A stretch of 64,000 nucleotides of DNA from Bacillota bacterium (GCA_013178125.1 JABLXJ010000013.1:7751-71750), one strand, 5' to 3'. Positions 38,801 through 47,458 are shown, counted from the first letter of the stretch. The notes: generated from the sequence alone by a model not told the origin. Program-made: numbers and translations.

Positions 38801-40725
38801 TGCTCGTGGCACGCGCCGTGGCGGGGCGCGATTCCGACGCAATGCAGGTGTCGTTGCCTGTCAGGCCGTGCGGGGTGGAGCGGAGGGAGGCGGTTGCAGG
38901 GGAAATTGCAGGGTCCCGGGGAGCCGGGGGCGCCGGGAGCGCCGCGGGAGCCCGAGCTGGAGAGGAAGCTGGCGCGGGAGGAGGCGCACCGTTAGGGTCA
39001 ACATGGAGGCCTACGGCAGGGCCGGCTCAGATCGAGTTTAAACTACCATCGGACGTGATACCGGGCACGGCAAACCTCGAGATAAGGCTCTCCCCATCCA
39101 TGGGGGGTGCGGTCTTCGGGGCCCTCGATTACCTGGCATCCTACCCTTACGGCTGCGTTGAGCAGACAATGAGCTCCTTTTTGCCAGACATCGTGGCCGC
39201 GAGAGCCCTATCAGATCTGGGTGCTAGCGATCCCGAGCTCGAGAAGAGCCTTCCCCGGATGGTGAACGATGGGCTGCAGCGGCTCTACCGGTTCCAGCAT
39301 TACGACGGCGGCTGGGGCTGGTGGGAACACGACGAGACGGATACTCGAATGACCGCTTATGTTGTTTGGGGCCTGGCCCTTGCGCGACAGGCGGGGTTCC
39401 AGGTTGACCAGAGGGTTATCGACCGGGGCAAGAAGGCCCTGTATGAGGCATTGATGAAGCCCTCCTGCCTCGATGAGCTGGTCTACACGCATTACGCTCT
39501 GACTCAGGCCGGAGCCAGGGAGCCTGAGCTCATCCGTCTTGACGAGGCCCTCGCCAGGCGGGACGAGCTGACCAACCTGTCCAGGGCTTTGCTGGCCATG
39601 ACCTTGAAGGGCCTGGGCAGGGAGGCTGACGCAGGTCGCGTTCTCGAAGACCTGAGGCGCTCGGCGCGTGAAAGCGCCACAGCGTGCTACTGGGAGTCCC
39701 GTGGGAGGGGCCTGCAGGTTGAGGATGAGAGCGATGAGGACGACCTGTGGCAGGACAATAAGGTCGAGACGACTGCCTATGTGCTCCGGGCCTTTATGGC
39801 GGTGCGACCGGAGGATGCGCTGGTGCCAAAGGCGGCAAGGTGGCTTATGAATGTTCGCCAGGGCAACCGGTGGGCATCTACGAAGGATACGGCGGCTGCC
39901 GCGCTGGCGTTGCTTGAATTCCTGAAGGTGAAGGGGAATCTCGCGCCCCGCTTCTCGGCGAGGGTCTATGTCGATGGGAGAATGGTCGGGGAGCTGACGT
40001 TCACAGGGGGCGACGTCTTCGCCGGGGAAAAGGTAGTGCGGCTCGACGGGCTCGACGTCCATCCTGGGCGACCTGTCCGGGTCGGGATAGAAAAGGCCGG
40101 GGAGGGGAAGCTTTATTACGCAGCTGCCATGGAGTTCTATGTTCCTGCGCCTCGTGGGACCGGGACCGGGACTGTGACTGGGACCGGGGACGTTGCGTCT
40201 CGTGCGACCGGCGATGAGGGGGGTATTGCCGGAGGTAGAGCTGCGGGCATTGAGGTGGTCCGGGGCTATTTCACCCGTGAGGTGCACGAGCGCCGGGACC
40301 CGGGCGGGGAGTCACGGGGAGATAAGGGGTACACTTATACGTATAAGCCGCTCAGGGGACCAGTGAGGGCCGGGGATGAGGTGTTTGTCAGGTTGCTTAT
40401 CAAGGCAGACCGTCCCTATAGGTACATGATGATCGAGGATGCGATACCCAGCGGGTTTGAGGTCGTGGACGATTATATCGACAGCTATAGCTGGGATTTC
40501 TGGTACGGGCGAAAAGAGGTCAGGGATGCAAAGGTGGCCTTCGCCAGCAGCTATCTAAGGAAGGGTGCGAACGAGATAATCTACAGCCTGCGCGCGGAGC
40601 GCCCGGGCCGGTACCGCGTGGCTCCCACGAATGTATGGTGCATGTATGATCCGGAAATCACCGCGGTGGCGGGCGCGTCCGAGATCGCCGTCGAGGAGGC
40701 GGGCGGTCATGCCCTCACGGAATGA
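35854..40725 (+). CDS. Bacterial alpha-2-macroglobulin family protein with an intact thioester motif
   Basis: About 1600 aa with repeated MG-type beta-domains. Thioester site YPYGCVEQTMSSF (Cys codon 39154-39156). Signal-like segment ALCILALIWALLCVLMPGAAPAAVWA. Start uncertain (the ORF is open from 35692). Confidence 0.85.
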   Translation: MQCCVKDRLDRCRDENEPGYSGDRARGGVRGGVRYEALCILALIWALLCVLMPGAAPAAVWAREAAPFYLYTTERVFSPQEKPYVMARGTGAGSGAGTPRGLELEFEVYRFDPFTLIEKEKTLSRVGSVTPEDARLVASFSLTPRRRDKSGDFLLKVPFSPPGPGGYLVVARDQRGRKQATWVIVTRLGLVTKQANNALVVYAQDFASGRPFAGVLVRVYDGHTAIASGYTDRNGLLYVGKAGLPRNAVVVARYGPNFAHVNSTYYWEDSRYKVYAYTDRPVYRPGQEVFFKGIAREDTGTGGDYRVLGGEKVLVDIRDAGDASVYRAELVTNEFGAFGGQFTLGREPALGTYRILTTVKGSTQYAWFKVAEYRKPEYQVTVKCPRPTYVAGDRVPVEVSASYYFGAPVAGARVRYYVYSQPYYTYFSPPEEEGYYSYLSDEGMYYGELVTQGEAKTDGGGVARFSVATRKIGRNRRFIIEARVVDESRREVMGRTSVVVARGTFEIALRPERYVLKPRERVEIKVRTEDLEGKPVAQRLETRVYRVEWQGKVMRRWEAMSVRVATGRDGRGGFTFLPREEGSYEIEIRGSDERGNVIATTELIWVTGEEYVLDSYGGPELDIVTDKVSYDRNDVARVVVNTTQKDVFALVTIEGYRLYSAEVVHLAGHSRVFEIPLRREYSPNIYFGVTLVAGKRLISREKAIYISPREKFLNVTIKPDKDTYGPGEEATYTIKATDSAGKPVRAELSFGLVDASVYAVQGEMAPDIRRFFYGARANRVVTNYSFPEWYYGGADKDAGAGETRKWFPDTAAWEPFVITDGRGNARLKVRLPDSLTTWRATVRAHTLDTSVGSGTCDIRASKEFFVRVATPRFLTQGDETVISTIVHNYTSRSIQAKVSLEVSGSGVEIGAVREAGGASAGSGGGKGKGEGEEGAATARGAAMAKGVRAGAGAGAGARVVSVAPGGAGRVDWRVKANGVGNAMLVARAVAGRDSDAMQVSLPVRPCGVERREAVAGEIAGSRGAGGAGSAAGARAGEEAGAGGGAPLGSTWRPTAGPAQIEFKLPSDVIPGTANLEIRLSPSMGGAVFGALDYLASYPYGCVEQTMSSFLPDIVAARALSDLGASDPELEKSLPRMVNDGLQRLYRFQHYDGGWGWWEHDETDTRMTAYVVWGLALARQAGFQVDQRVIDRGKKALYEALMKPSCLDELVYTHYALTQAGAREPELIRLDEALARRDELTNLSRALLAMTLKGLGREADAGRVLEDLRRSARESATACYWESRGRGLQVEDESDEDDLWQDNKVETTAYVLRAFMAVRPEDALVPKAARWLMNVRQGNRWASTKDTAAAALALLEFLKVKGNLAPRFSARVYVDGRMVGELTFTGGDVFAGEKVVRLDGLDVHPGRPVRVGIEKAGEGKLYYAAAMEFYVPAPRGTGTGTVTGTGDVASRATGDEGGIAGGRAAGIEVVRGYFTREVHERRDPGGESRGDKGYTYTYKPLRGPVRAGDEVFVRLLIKADRPYRYMMIEDAIPSGFEVVDDYIDSYSWDFWYGRKEVRDAKVAFASSYLRKGANEIIYSLRAERPGRYRVAPTNVWCMYDPEITAVAGASEIAVEEAGGHALTE

Positions 40726-40735
40726 GGAGGCCCAG

Positions 40736-41869
40736 ATGCGTGCAAAGGCGCAGGCGGATGCGAATGCGAATGCGAATGCTGATGCTAATGCTTATGCTAA
40801 TGCGGAAGGGCAGGAGTATGCGCCCACCTCGCATAGGCGGGCGCTCAGCCTGCGGGGGCGGGCTTGGGTTGCGATCGCCTGGGCTGCGGTTGCCTGTATC
40901 ATCGTCTTGATCCTCGTTGCCATCGCCCCGGCTGTTGTCCCGGTCCTTCGCGGGGTTCCAGAGGGACCTGGCGGATGGTCGGGAGGTGCCGAGGGAGAGG
41001 TCGGGGGTGAGCCCGGGAATGGGCCGGCGGAATTGGTGGGGCCAGGCGGTGGTGGGGCTGGGTGCGGCGCCAGCGGGCCTTCGAGCGGCCAGCCTGCCGA
41101 TGCTGGGCAGCCCGTTGTGGTTGCGAGCTTCTCGACCGCGCTCGAGGAGGGCGAGCTCACGCGCAACAATAACATCCGGCTCGCAGCGGAGGCCATAGAC
41201 GGGACGAGGCTCGCCCCGGGCGCCGTTTTTTCGTTTAACGCTATAGTCGGCCCCCGCATACGGGAGAAGGGGTACCAGGAGGCGAAGGTCATTGTCGAGG
41301 GTGCGGCCGCGCCTGGCATCGGAGGTGGAATCTGCCAGGTTTCTACAACGCTTTACAACGTGGCGCTCCTGGCGGGCATGGAGATTCTCGAGCGGCATCA
41401 CCACTCCAGGCCCGTCGGTTATGTGCCGCTCGGCCGGGATGCGACTGTTGCAGAAGGAAGCCTGGATCTGAAATTTCGGAATCCGACGAGGGATACCATA
41501 ATCCTCAGGGCGGGGGTGGACGGTAATCGCTTGCTCATCGAGGCTCTGGCGGAGAGGCCTTTAGGGAGGAAAGTGGAGATACTCACATCGATCGAGGAGG
41601 TCGTGGAGCCCAGGGTGCTTGATAACCCCCCTGTCTGTGGTGGCGCCCGGGATGCCGGCACGGCGTTCCCGAGCGCGATCGCAAGCGGGCGCGAAGGCTA
41701 CAAGGTCCTGACATGGCGGGTAACCCATTACCTGGACGAGGACGGGGGCGGGGACCAGGGTCAGGGTGGCCCAAAGCCGGCGACAGAGACCAGGGAGCTT
41801 ATCTCAGAGGATTACTACAGGCCCGTGGATGTTCCATACATAGTTCATGGTGCTAACAGGTATCATTAA
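40736..41869 (+). CDS. VanW-family protein, membrane-anchored
   Basis: VanW core FSFNAIVGPRIREKGYQEA...GGGICQVSTTLYNVALLAGMEILERHHHS. TM segment VAIAWAAVACIIVLILVAIAPAVV. ATG at 40736 follows a GAGGAGG RBS. Confidence 0.8.
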   Translation: MRAKAQADANANANADANAYANAEGQEYAPTSHRRALSLRGRAWVAIAWAAVACIIVLILVAIAPAVVPVLRGVPEGPGGWSGGAEGEVGGEPGNGPAELVGPGGGGAGCGASGPSSGQPADAGQPVVVASFSTALEEGELTRNNNIRLAAEAIDGTRLAPGAVFSFNAIVGPRIREKGYQEAKVIVEGAAAPGIGGGICQVSTTLYNVALLAGMEILERHHHSRPVGYVPLGRDATVAEGSLDLKFRNPTRDTIILRAGVDGNRLLIEALAERPLGRKVEILTSIEEVVEPRVLDNPPVCGGARDAGTAFPSAIASGREGYKVLTWRVTHYLDEDGGGDQGQGGPKPATETRELISEDYYRPVDVPYIVHGANRYH

Positions 41870-41929
41870 GCATCATCGCCATCGTCAAGCAGGCATCATA
41901 ATCAGGCATCTAGGAAACGTATCTGTGAG

Positions 41930-42418
41930 GTGACAGCTATGTCGGTGATTGCCAAGGCTTATGAACTTGCGAAGGCTTTGAAGGAGTCTCCCGAGTATGC
42001 GGCCTACATTAGGGCCAGGGAGGAGATCGGCAACCACGAAGCGGCCAGGATAATGCTTAAGGACCTTGAGAGAAAGCGAAAGGAGATCGGGAAGGCGGCG
42101 TTGGCCGGCGAGAAGGTGGATGAGGCCAGGCTGGAGGATCTTAAGCGGACCTATGAGATCGTTGGCTTCAATCCCTACATAAAGGAGCTTTTCGCCGCCG
42201 AGGCCAGGCTCGGTGAGCTTGTGGCCCAGGTCCAGAAGATAATCGGGGAGGCTATAGGCGATGAGTCCCTGGGCGACTTATCTGGTGAGGACCTGCCGGG
42301 AAAGGAATCACCGGGAGATACAGCGGGAGACAGAGCGGCAGATACATCAAAGGGAGCTGCGGGAGAGACGGCGCGGCAGGATTCACCAGAGGGCGGCAGC
42401 TCGCTAGATAAGAGGTAA
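41930..42418 (+). CDS. YlbF/YmcA-family regulatory protein with an acidic low-complexity tail
   Basis: N-terminal AKAYELAKALKESPEYAAYIRAREEI...FNPYIKELFAAE resembles the YlbF family. Confidence 0.65.
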   Translation: MTAMSVIAKAYELAKALKESPEYAAYIRAREEIGNHEAARIMLKDLERKRKEIGKAALAGEKVDEARLEDLKRTYEIVGFNPYIKELFAAEARLGELVAQVQKIIGEAIGDESLGDLSGEDLPGKESPGDTAGDRAADTSKGAAGETARQDSPEGGSSLDKR

Positions 42419-42439
42419 GGCAAGCCAGGAGGGATAACC

Positions 42440-42709
42440 TTGAAATTTAAGGCGGCTATCGATAGATTTGAGGGCGGCTTCGCTGTCCTACTCGTGCAGG
42501 GCCAGGAAGGCCGGGGCCAGGGTCAAGGTGATGAGGATGAGGACGCTAGGGACGTGCAGATCGATTTCCCCAGGAGCCTCCTGCCTAGAGGCGCCAAGGA
42601 GGGGGATATATTGGCGTTCGACCTTGAGATTGACAGGGTAGCCACGCAGAGGCAGCGGGAACGGATACGGGGACTCCTTGATAAACTCATTCAAAAGGGT
42701 GAGGAATAA
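42440..42709 (+). CDS. DUF3006-like small protein
   Basis: AAIDRFEGGFAVLLV...DFPRSLLPRGAKEGDILAFDLEID pattern typical of DUF3006. Confidence 0.55.
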   Translation: MKFKAAIDRFEGGFAVLLVQGQEGRGQGQGDEDEDARDVQIDFPRSLLPRGAKEGDILAFDLEIDRVATQRQRERIRGLLDKLIQKGEE

Positions 42710-42795
42710 CCAGCTAAAGTGCGAAGGAAAGGGAAATTGCCGCGCCGAATCCCTATATCGTCGAGAAGCAAGTCGCTGGCCGGGGTTATCAGGTC

Positions 42796-43278
42796 GTGAG
42801 GAGGCCGGCGGCGGGGAGGGGCGCGGTGGACGGGGTCAGGCGCAAGTGGAGGTCAAGGCGTGATAGGTCAAGACGCGACAGATCGAGGCGTAGACATGAG
42901 GGTGGAGTCAGGGACGCCGTGTCCCCGGGTATCGCGTCCAGGCTGGTTATTCCTGTAACCCTGGTGGTTGCGGCTTTGGTGCTGGTGTCGACTATGGTGT
43001 TGCCCAGGGCCGAGACGGCGCCGGCGAGTGGGAGGGTAAGGGCGATTCTCGACCGCGTCGAAGGGGATATCGCTATCCTTGCGAACTGGGATGATGAACG
43101 GGAGAGGTTTGAGATGCCGGCCCGGCTCTTGCCGCCGGGCGCCAGGGAGGGTGATGTGGTCAACGTGGATCTCACCATCGACACCGAGGCGACGAGGCTC
43201 AGGCGCGAAGCTGTTGAGGTCCGCATCAAGAAGCTATTGCGTCGCAGGGAAGCCGACTACCGGGCGGGCCTGGACTGA
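42796..43278 (+). CDS. DUF3006-like domain protein with an Arg-rich N-terminus and a TM segment
   Basis: The C-terminal half (AILDRVEGDIAILANWDDERERFEMPARLLPPGAREGDVVNVDLTID) is paralogous to 42440-42709. N-terminus has RSRRDRSRRDRSRR followed by a TM segment. Confidence 0.55.
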   Translation: MRRPAAGRGAVDGVRRKWRSRRDRSRRDRSRRRHEGGVRDAVSPGIASRLVIPVTLVVAALVLVSTMVLPRAETAPASGRVRAILDRVEGDIAILANWDDERERFEMPARLLPPGAREGDVVNVDLTIDTEATRLRREAVEVRIKKLLRRREADYRAGLD

Positions 43279-43387
43279 ATCTGGGCAGCAAGTATTACGA
43301 GAGGATAGGGGGATAGCAGTGCCCTTGAAAAGGGTTGTCCGCTCCGCTATAATTTAAAGCGTGGTTTGCGCAGTTTGAATCGGGAGC

Positions 43388-44224
43388 TTGATCATTTTGA
43401 GCACAAATATCTGCGTCCTTGCGAGCGGGAGCTCGGGCAATTGCACCCTCATACAAACCGATACCACCAGGGTTTTGGTCGACGTAGGGCTCCCCGGCAA
43501 GGTGGTTGTGGAGCGCCTTCTTGCGACCGGCGTCCACCCTGGTGACGTCGATGCCATCCTCATAACCCACGAACACGCTGACCATGTAAGCGGCCTCGGC
43601 ACCTTGTCGCGGGCCCTCGATATCCCCATCTACGCAAGCGAGGCCACTTGGGAGTCGCTCGATGCGAACCCGCGGATTTCCGGACCCATCAGGGAAAAAA
43701 ATAAAAGGATGATTGCAGGCGGAGAACCCTTTGACCTCAAAGATCTTGTGATCCAGCCGTTTCCGGTGCCTCACGACGCAGCAGACCCTCTTGGTTACTG
43801 TATCATCGATGGGCCGAGGAAGGTCGGGATTGCGACGGATGCTGGGCACGCGACGCAGATTATGAAACGGCAGCTGGCGGATTGCGACCTCCTCGTTGTC
43901 GAGGCCAACCACGATATAGAGATGCTCATGGTCGGGTCCTACCCCTGGGCTTTGAAGCGGCGCATCCTAAGCGACCTGGGTCATCTTTCAAATGAGGCAA
44001 CAGGGGAATTCCTGGGATCTATTGTCACCGAGAGGACGTCAAATATCCTGCTTGCGCACCTTAGCAAGGAAAACAACGTCCCGGAGCTGGCTCTTCTTAC
44101 GGTGATAGCTATCCTTAAGCTTAACGGTATCTCCGTAGGAAAAGATCTGCGAGTAGGCCTCACCTATCGCAATAGGATGACCCGGCCCATCAAGATCGAG
44201 AAGGGGTATTGCAAGGTTTGTTGA
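43388..44224 (+). CDS. MBL-fold metallo-hydrolase (YycJ/WalJ-like)
   Basis: ASGSSGNCTL, the HEHADH metal motif, and conserved context immediately upstream of rlmH. Confidence 0.8.
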   Translation: MIILSTNICVLASGSSGNCTLIQTDTTRVLVDVGLPGKVVVERLLATGVHPGDVDAILITHEHADHVSGLGTLSRALDIPIYASEATWESLDANPRISGPIREKNKRMIAGGEPFDLKDLVIQPFPVPHDAADPLGYCIIDGPRKVGIATDAGHATQIMKRQLADCDLLVVEANHDIEMLMVGSYPWALKRRILSDLGHLSNEATGEFLGSIVTERTSNILLAHLSKENNVPELALLTVIAILKLNGISVGKDLRVGLTYRNRMTRPIKIEKGYCKVC

Positions 44225-44700
44225 GCATAAGGGTAATTGCCGTTGGGAAGCTGAAGGAGAGGTACCTGTCGGAGGGGGTCGAGGAATACCTCAAACGTCT
44301 CAGGCCTTATGCCAGGGTCGAGATCGTCGAGGTTGCGGAGGAGCCGCTGGGGAAGTCCGCAAGCCCGGCCGACGAGACTCTTGCGAGGCAGAGGGAGGCC
44401 GGGAGGATATTCGATCATATCAGGCCGCATTCTTACTGCATCGCCCTGGATCGCGAGGGGGTGGCGCTCTCCTCAGAGGAGCTTTCGGCAGCACTCGAGA
44501 AAGCGATGCTATCCGGGATGAGCGATATAGCCTTCGTGATCGGCGGCTCAACCGGGCTCGCCACCGAGGTCATAAACAAGGCGGATATGAGGCTTTCGTT
44601 CTCGAGGATGACCTTTCCGCACGGGCTCATGCGGGTCATCCTTCTAGAGCAAATCTATAGGGCATTCAAGATATTGAGAGGCGAAACCTATCATAAGTAA
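44209..44700 (+). CDS. rlmH: 23S rRNA (pseudouridine1915-N3)-methyltransferase RlmH
   Basis: IRVIAVGKLKERYLSEGVEEYLKRL..., IAFVIGGSTGL, and LSFSRMTFPHGLMRVILLEQIYRA (SPOUT fold). The start may be a TTG a few codons in. Confidence 0.85.
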   Translation: MQGLLSIRVIAVGKLKERYLSEGVEEYLKRLRPYARVEIVEVAEEPLGKSASPADETLARQREAGRIFDHIRPHSYCIALDREGVALSSEELSAALEKAMLSGMSDIAFVIGGSTGLATEVINKADMRLSFSRMTFPHGLMRVILLEQIYRAFKILRGETYHK

Positions 44701-44755
44701 CGTTGTGTCGCCATGTAGCGGTATCACCGCACGCGGCATAGGGATGGAGTGGAGG

Positions 44756-44956
44756 CTAGGTAATTATCACGTAGAGGGAATCTACATCATCATCATTGGC
44801 CTTTTGGAGACCCTTCCTTAACTCCCCGAGGTTCTCGTCAGATATCTCCGCGTCATACCTGCCGAGAATTCGACCGCATACTACGCGTGTAGCCTGAGAT
44901 TCCCTATGTTCCCTCACAAACTCCAGTATCTTCTCGATTTTATCGTTGCGTCCCAT
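44756..44956 (-). CDS. Small hypothetical protein (about 66 aa)
   Basis: ATG at 44956 is preceded by AAGGAG. The ORF track extends it to 45037 through a Lys/Arg tract. No family recognised. Confidence 0.4.
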   Translation of the reverse strand: MGRNDKIEKILEFVREHRESQATRVVCGRILGRYDAEISDENLGELRKGLQKANDDDVDSLYVIIT

Positions 44957-44960
44957 CTTG

Positions 44961-45170
44961 TCAGGACTCCTTTTCCTTTTTTGCCTTTTTCTGTTTCTGC
45001 TTATGTTTATGTTCAGGTCCTCGCTCGGGGTCGTCAATCCATTGCAAGCACCGTAATCTGTCGAGAGCTTCCTTTGTCACCGCACCCCTTGAATCCGCGG
45101 GCTTTATCTTGACCTGCCCCCCCGGCCTCATTCTCCAACACGTTGCCTTCATGGTCCTTACCCATGGCAC
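44961..45170 (-). CDS. Small hypothetical protein with a Lys-rich tail
   Basis: ORF ending 4 nt before the next small ORF. Tail is KHKHKQKQKKAKKEKES. No family recognised. Confidence 0.3.
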   Translation of the reverse strand: MPWVRTMKATCWRMRPGGQVKIKPADSRGAVTKEALDRLRCLQWIDDPERGPEHKHKQKQKKAKKEKES

Positions 45171-45322
45171 TGGCAGCCATTTAGCCTGGTACAGCCCCCT
45201 TTTCTTTCCTTACTACCCTTTTTGTCTATTGCTATCTTTACCTTATACTGTATACCGTATACTGTCTCTGGTTTGGTGCCATTCCTGGTATTATTCCCTG
45301 GCTACTTCGGCTTTTGTATTCT

Positions 45323-46708
45323 CTATGTTATCTCAACACGGCGCGCGGTGACTCGCTGGATCTTCACTTCTTGACCTGTAACGGCATCTATATACACTCG
45401 AAACTCCTCAGTATCCAGCCTCCCACGGAATTCATAGCATAGCTTCTCCCGGCCGAGGTCATCCAGGATCACAACTAGCCTGGCGCTTGTGATATCCAGC
45501 CTCGGGCTGACCCTTGACCTGGCTTCATCCATGGTCAGTGCAGGCATCGGCAGGGTGCGCGCGTGATGGAACGTTATATAGCCTGACCCTTCGAACCCCA
45601 GGATGGCTCCATTATCGAGGGCGATGCGGAGCTTGATCGCATCCGGGTATACGAGCACACCGTCTTGTTCAAGAACATACGTTATAACGGCAACGTTCTG
45701 GTATTGATCTCTATCGGTGGGGCGCATGTTCTTGAACCCGCGCGACTCCAGGAACGCCGCTCCGATCTCAGTAACCTTATCGAGAGACAATTTTGAGACA
45801 CTAGCGCGCCGGTCGTCTAGCATCCATATCACATGTCCGCCCTTTTCCGAGACATCAACCCTTATGCTGGCGCCTTGATCTTGATCGCCCCCCCCGCTCC
45901 TGGAATCTGCTACAGTCACCCTATATGATCGCGGGTCGGTCACGACCCGGGTGACCGTAAGCTGCTTACCCTCAGTCCGCTCTGGCCCGATAAACCCCCG
46001 GGCGATCTCGATGGCCTTGGTTTCAGTTATTAGAGGCCCGGTCAGGCCCTTGGGGACGATCTTTTCGGGGGGTATGTTGCCGGCGAAATCCGGGTCGGGG
46101 AATCTGCGCATCCCGTCTTCCAGCATCTTCAGGCTCTTAGTCGCGGGGTTTATTCGCGGTTTTCGAGTCGCCCCCGGTCGCTCGGCCCTTGTCGCCGCCA
46201 TGGCCCTCTGGATATCATTCCACCGGGCCCCTTCATTCATAAATGAAGCCTGCATTTTCCCGATCGAGGTGCTCATGAACTTGGCCTGGCGGTGAAGGTC
46301 GCGGAGCGTCGCCCATTCGCTGGCTGTGATCGGTTGACCCTGAGCGTTTTTGATGGCGAGTGAGTATGTAAATGCGCCAAGCCGCCCTATGAACTGTTCG
46401 GTTCTTGTCAGGGGGACGGTGAGGAGAGGGAGCTGGCCGATATTTGCCTGGGCGGTCGAGGCGTGACGCCATATATCTGAAAAGGTTTGCACTCGCCCCT
46501 TTGGCGAGTTAGCAACAAGAGCCTTAGCGGTCTCGGCTTCGATCCCATCCAGGTGGTAAGATAGCTCTTGAAACGCCCGCTGGTACTGGTTTTCGACCTG
46601 GATTTCAACATGCCGTCTTAATATGTACTCACGAATCCCTAAGAATGCCGTGATCACCAAGGCTATAGTAAGGATAGGTAGAGCTAATTTCCGTTGCAAG
46701 GCGTACAC
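45323..46708 (-). CDS. ypeB: Germination protein YpeB (PepSY-domain protein)
   Basis: N-terminal TM segment, YpeB-like N-domain (VENQYQRAFQELSYHLDGIE...) and C-terminal PepSY-like repeats. Directly downstream of sleB. Confidence 0.8.
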   Translation of the reverse strand: MYALQRKLALPILTIALVITAFLGIREYILRRHVEIQVENQYQRAFQELSYHLDGIEAETAKALVANSPKGRVQTFSDIWRHASTAQANIGQLPLLTVPLTRTEQFIGRLGAFTYSLAIKNAQGQPITASEWATLRDLHRQAKFMSTSIGKMQASFMNEGARWNDIQRAMAATRAERPGATRKPRINPATKSLKMLEDGMRRFPDPDFAGNIPPEKIVPKGLTGPLITETKAIEIARGFIGPERTEGKQLTVTRVVTDPRSYRVTVADSRSGGGDQDQGASIRVDVSEKGGHVIWMLDDRRASVSKLSLDKVTEIGAAFLESRGFKNMRPTDRDQYQNVAVITYVLEQDGVLVYPDAIKLRIALDNGAILGFEGSGYITFHHARTLPMPALTMDEARSRVSPRLDITSARLVVILDDLGREKLCYEFRGRLDTEEFRVYIDAVTGQEVKIQRVTARRVEIT

Positions 46709-46739
46709 CTCCTGGATAAGTTAGGGATGAGATTGAGAT

Positions 46740-47249
46740 TCATCTTGAAAAAACATGGTTGCCGATTTGCGTAATAATAGGCCTGGACCAAATCCACCAG
46801 CTTACAGGCTTTGACGGGTTAAAGTAATAGAGCGCACCTCCTGTAGGATCCCACCCGCTAAGGGCATCCTGGGTAGCCCTATAAGCATCTGTGCCTGGAT
46901 ATCTGAGCCAGATGAGCCCATTAGCTACCGACTCAAATGCATCGGGCTCGAATATGACGCCCGGTATGGTCTTGGGGAAGTTTGGGCTTTCTAATCGGTT
47001 CATGATTACCGCTCCAACGGCAACCTTGCCTATGTAGGGCTCGGCCCAGGCCTCTCCCTGTATCACTCTTGCCATCAAGTCGACGTTATACCTGTACGAA
47101 TCCCAGGGGGCCGCGATCAGGCCTTGGTCAAGGGCTTTGTCGTTGCGGCTTGAAATGGCCACCGGCATGATGGTGTTTGGGTAGAATAAAAGCGATACGC
47201 ATATTGCAAGTAACGCCATGATGACAAGCAAAGCTAAGAATCGCCTCAT
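46740..47249 (-). CDS. sleB: Spore cortex-lytic enzyme SleB/CwlJ-family cell-wall hydrolase
   Basis: Hydrolase_2 core LMARVIQGEAWAEPYIGKVAVGAVIMNRLESPNFPKTIPGVIFEPDAFESV. Paired with ypeB. Confidence 0.8.
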   Translation of the reverse strand: MRRFLALLVIMALLAICVSLLFYPNTIMPVAISSRNDKALDQGLIAAPWDSYRYNVDLMARVIQGEAWAEPYIGKVAVGAVIMNRLESPNFPKTIPGVIFEPDAFESVANGLIWLRYPGTDAYRATQDALSGWDPTGGALYYFNPSKPVSWWIWSRPIITQIGNHVFSR

Positions 47250-47458
47250 AGGTTTCCAGTTCCCCCTCTTCGATCATGGTTTAGATAGTCTAGGCTGGCC
47301 GATTTCTCTGTCGACACCAGGGAGCATCAAAAAGCTCTTTAGTCTATTTTCTTCCACTGGCTGTCATCATATTCACATTTACAGATTCTTTCTTTAACTT
47401 TACAAGGTGCAGCCTCAAGCACGATACAGCTCCAAGGCGCGGTTTTCATAGCTTGGCT

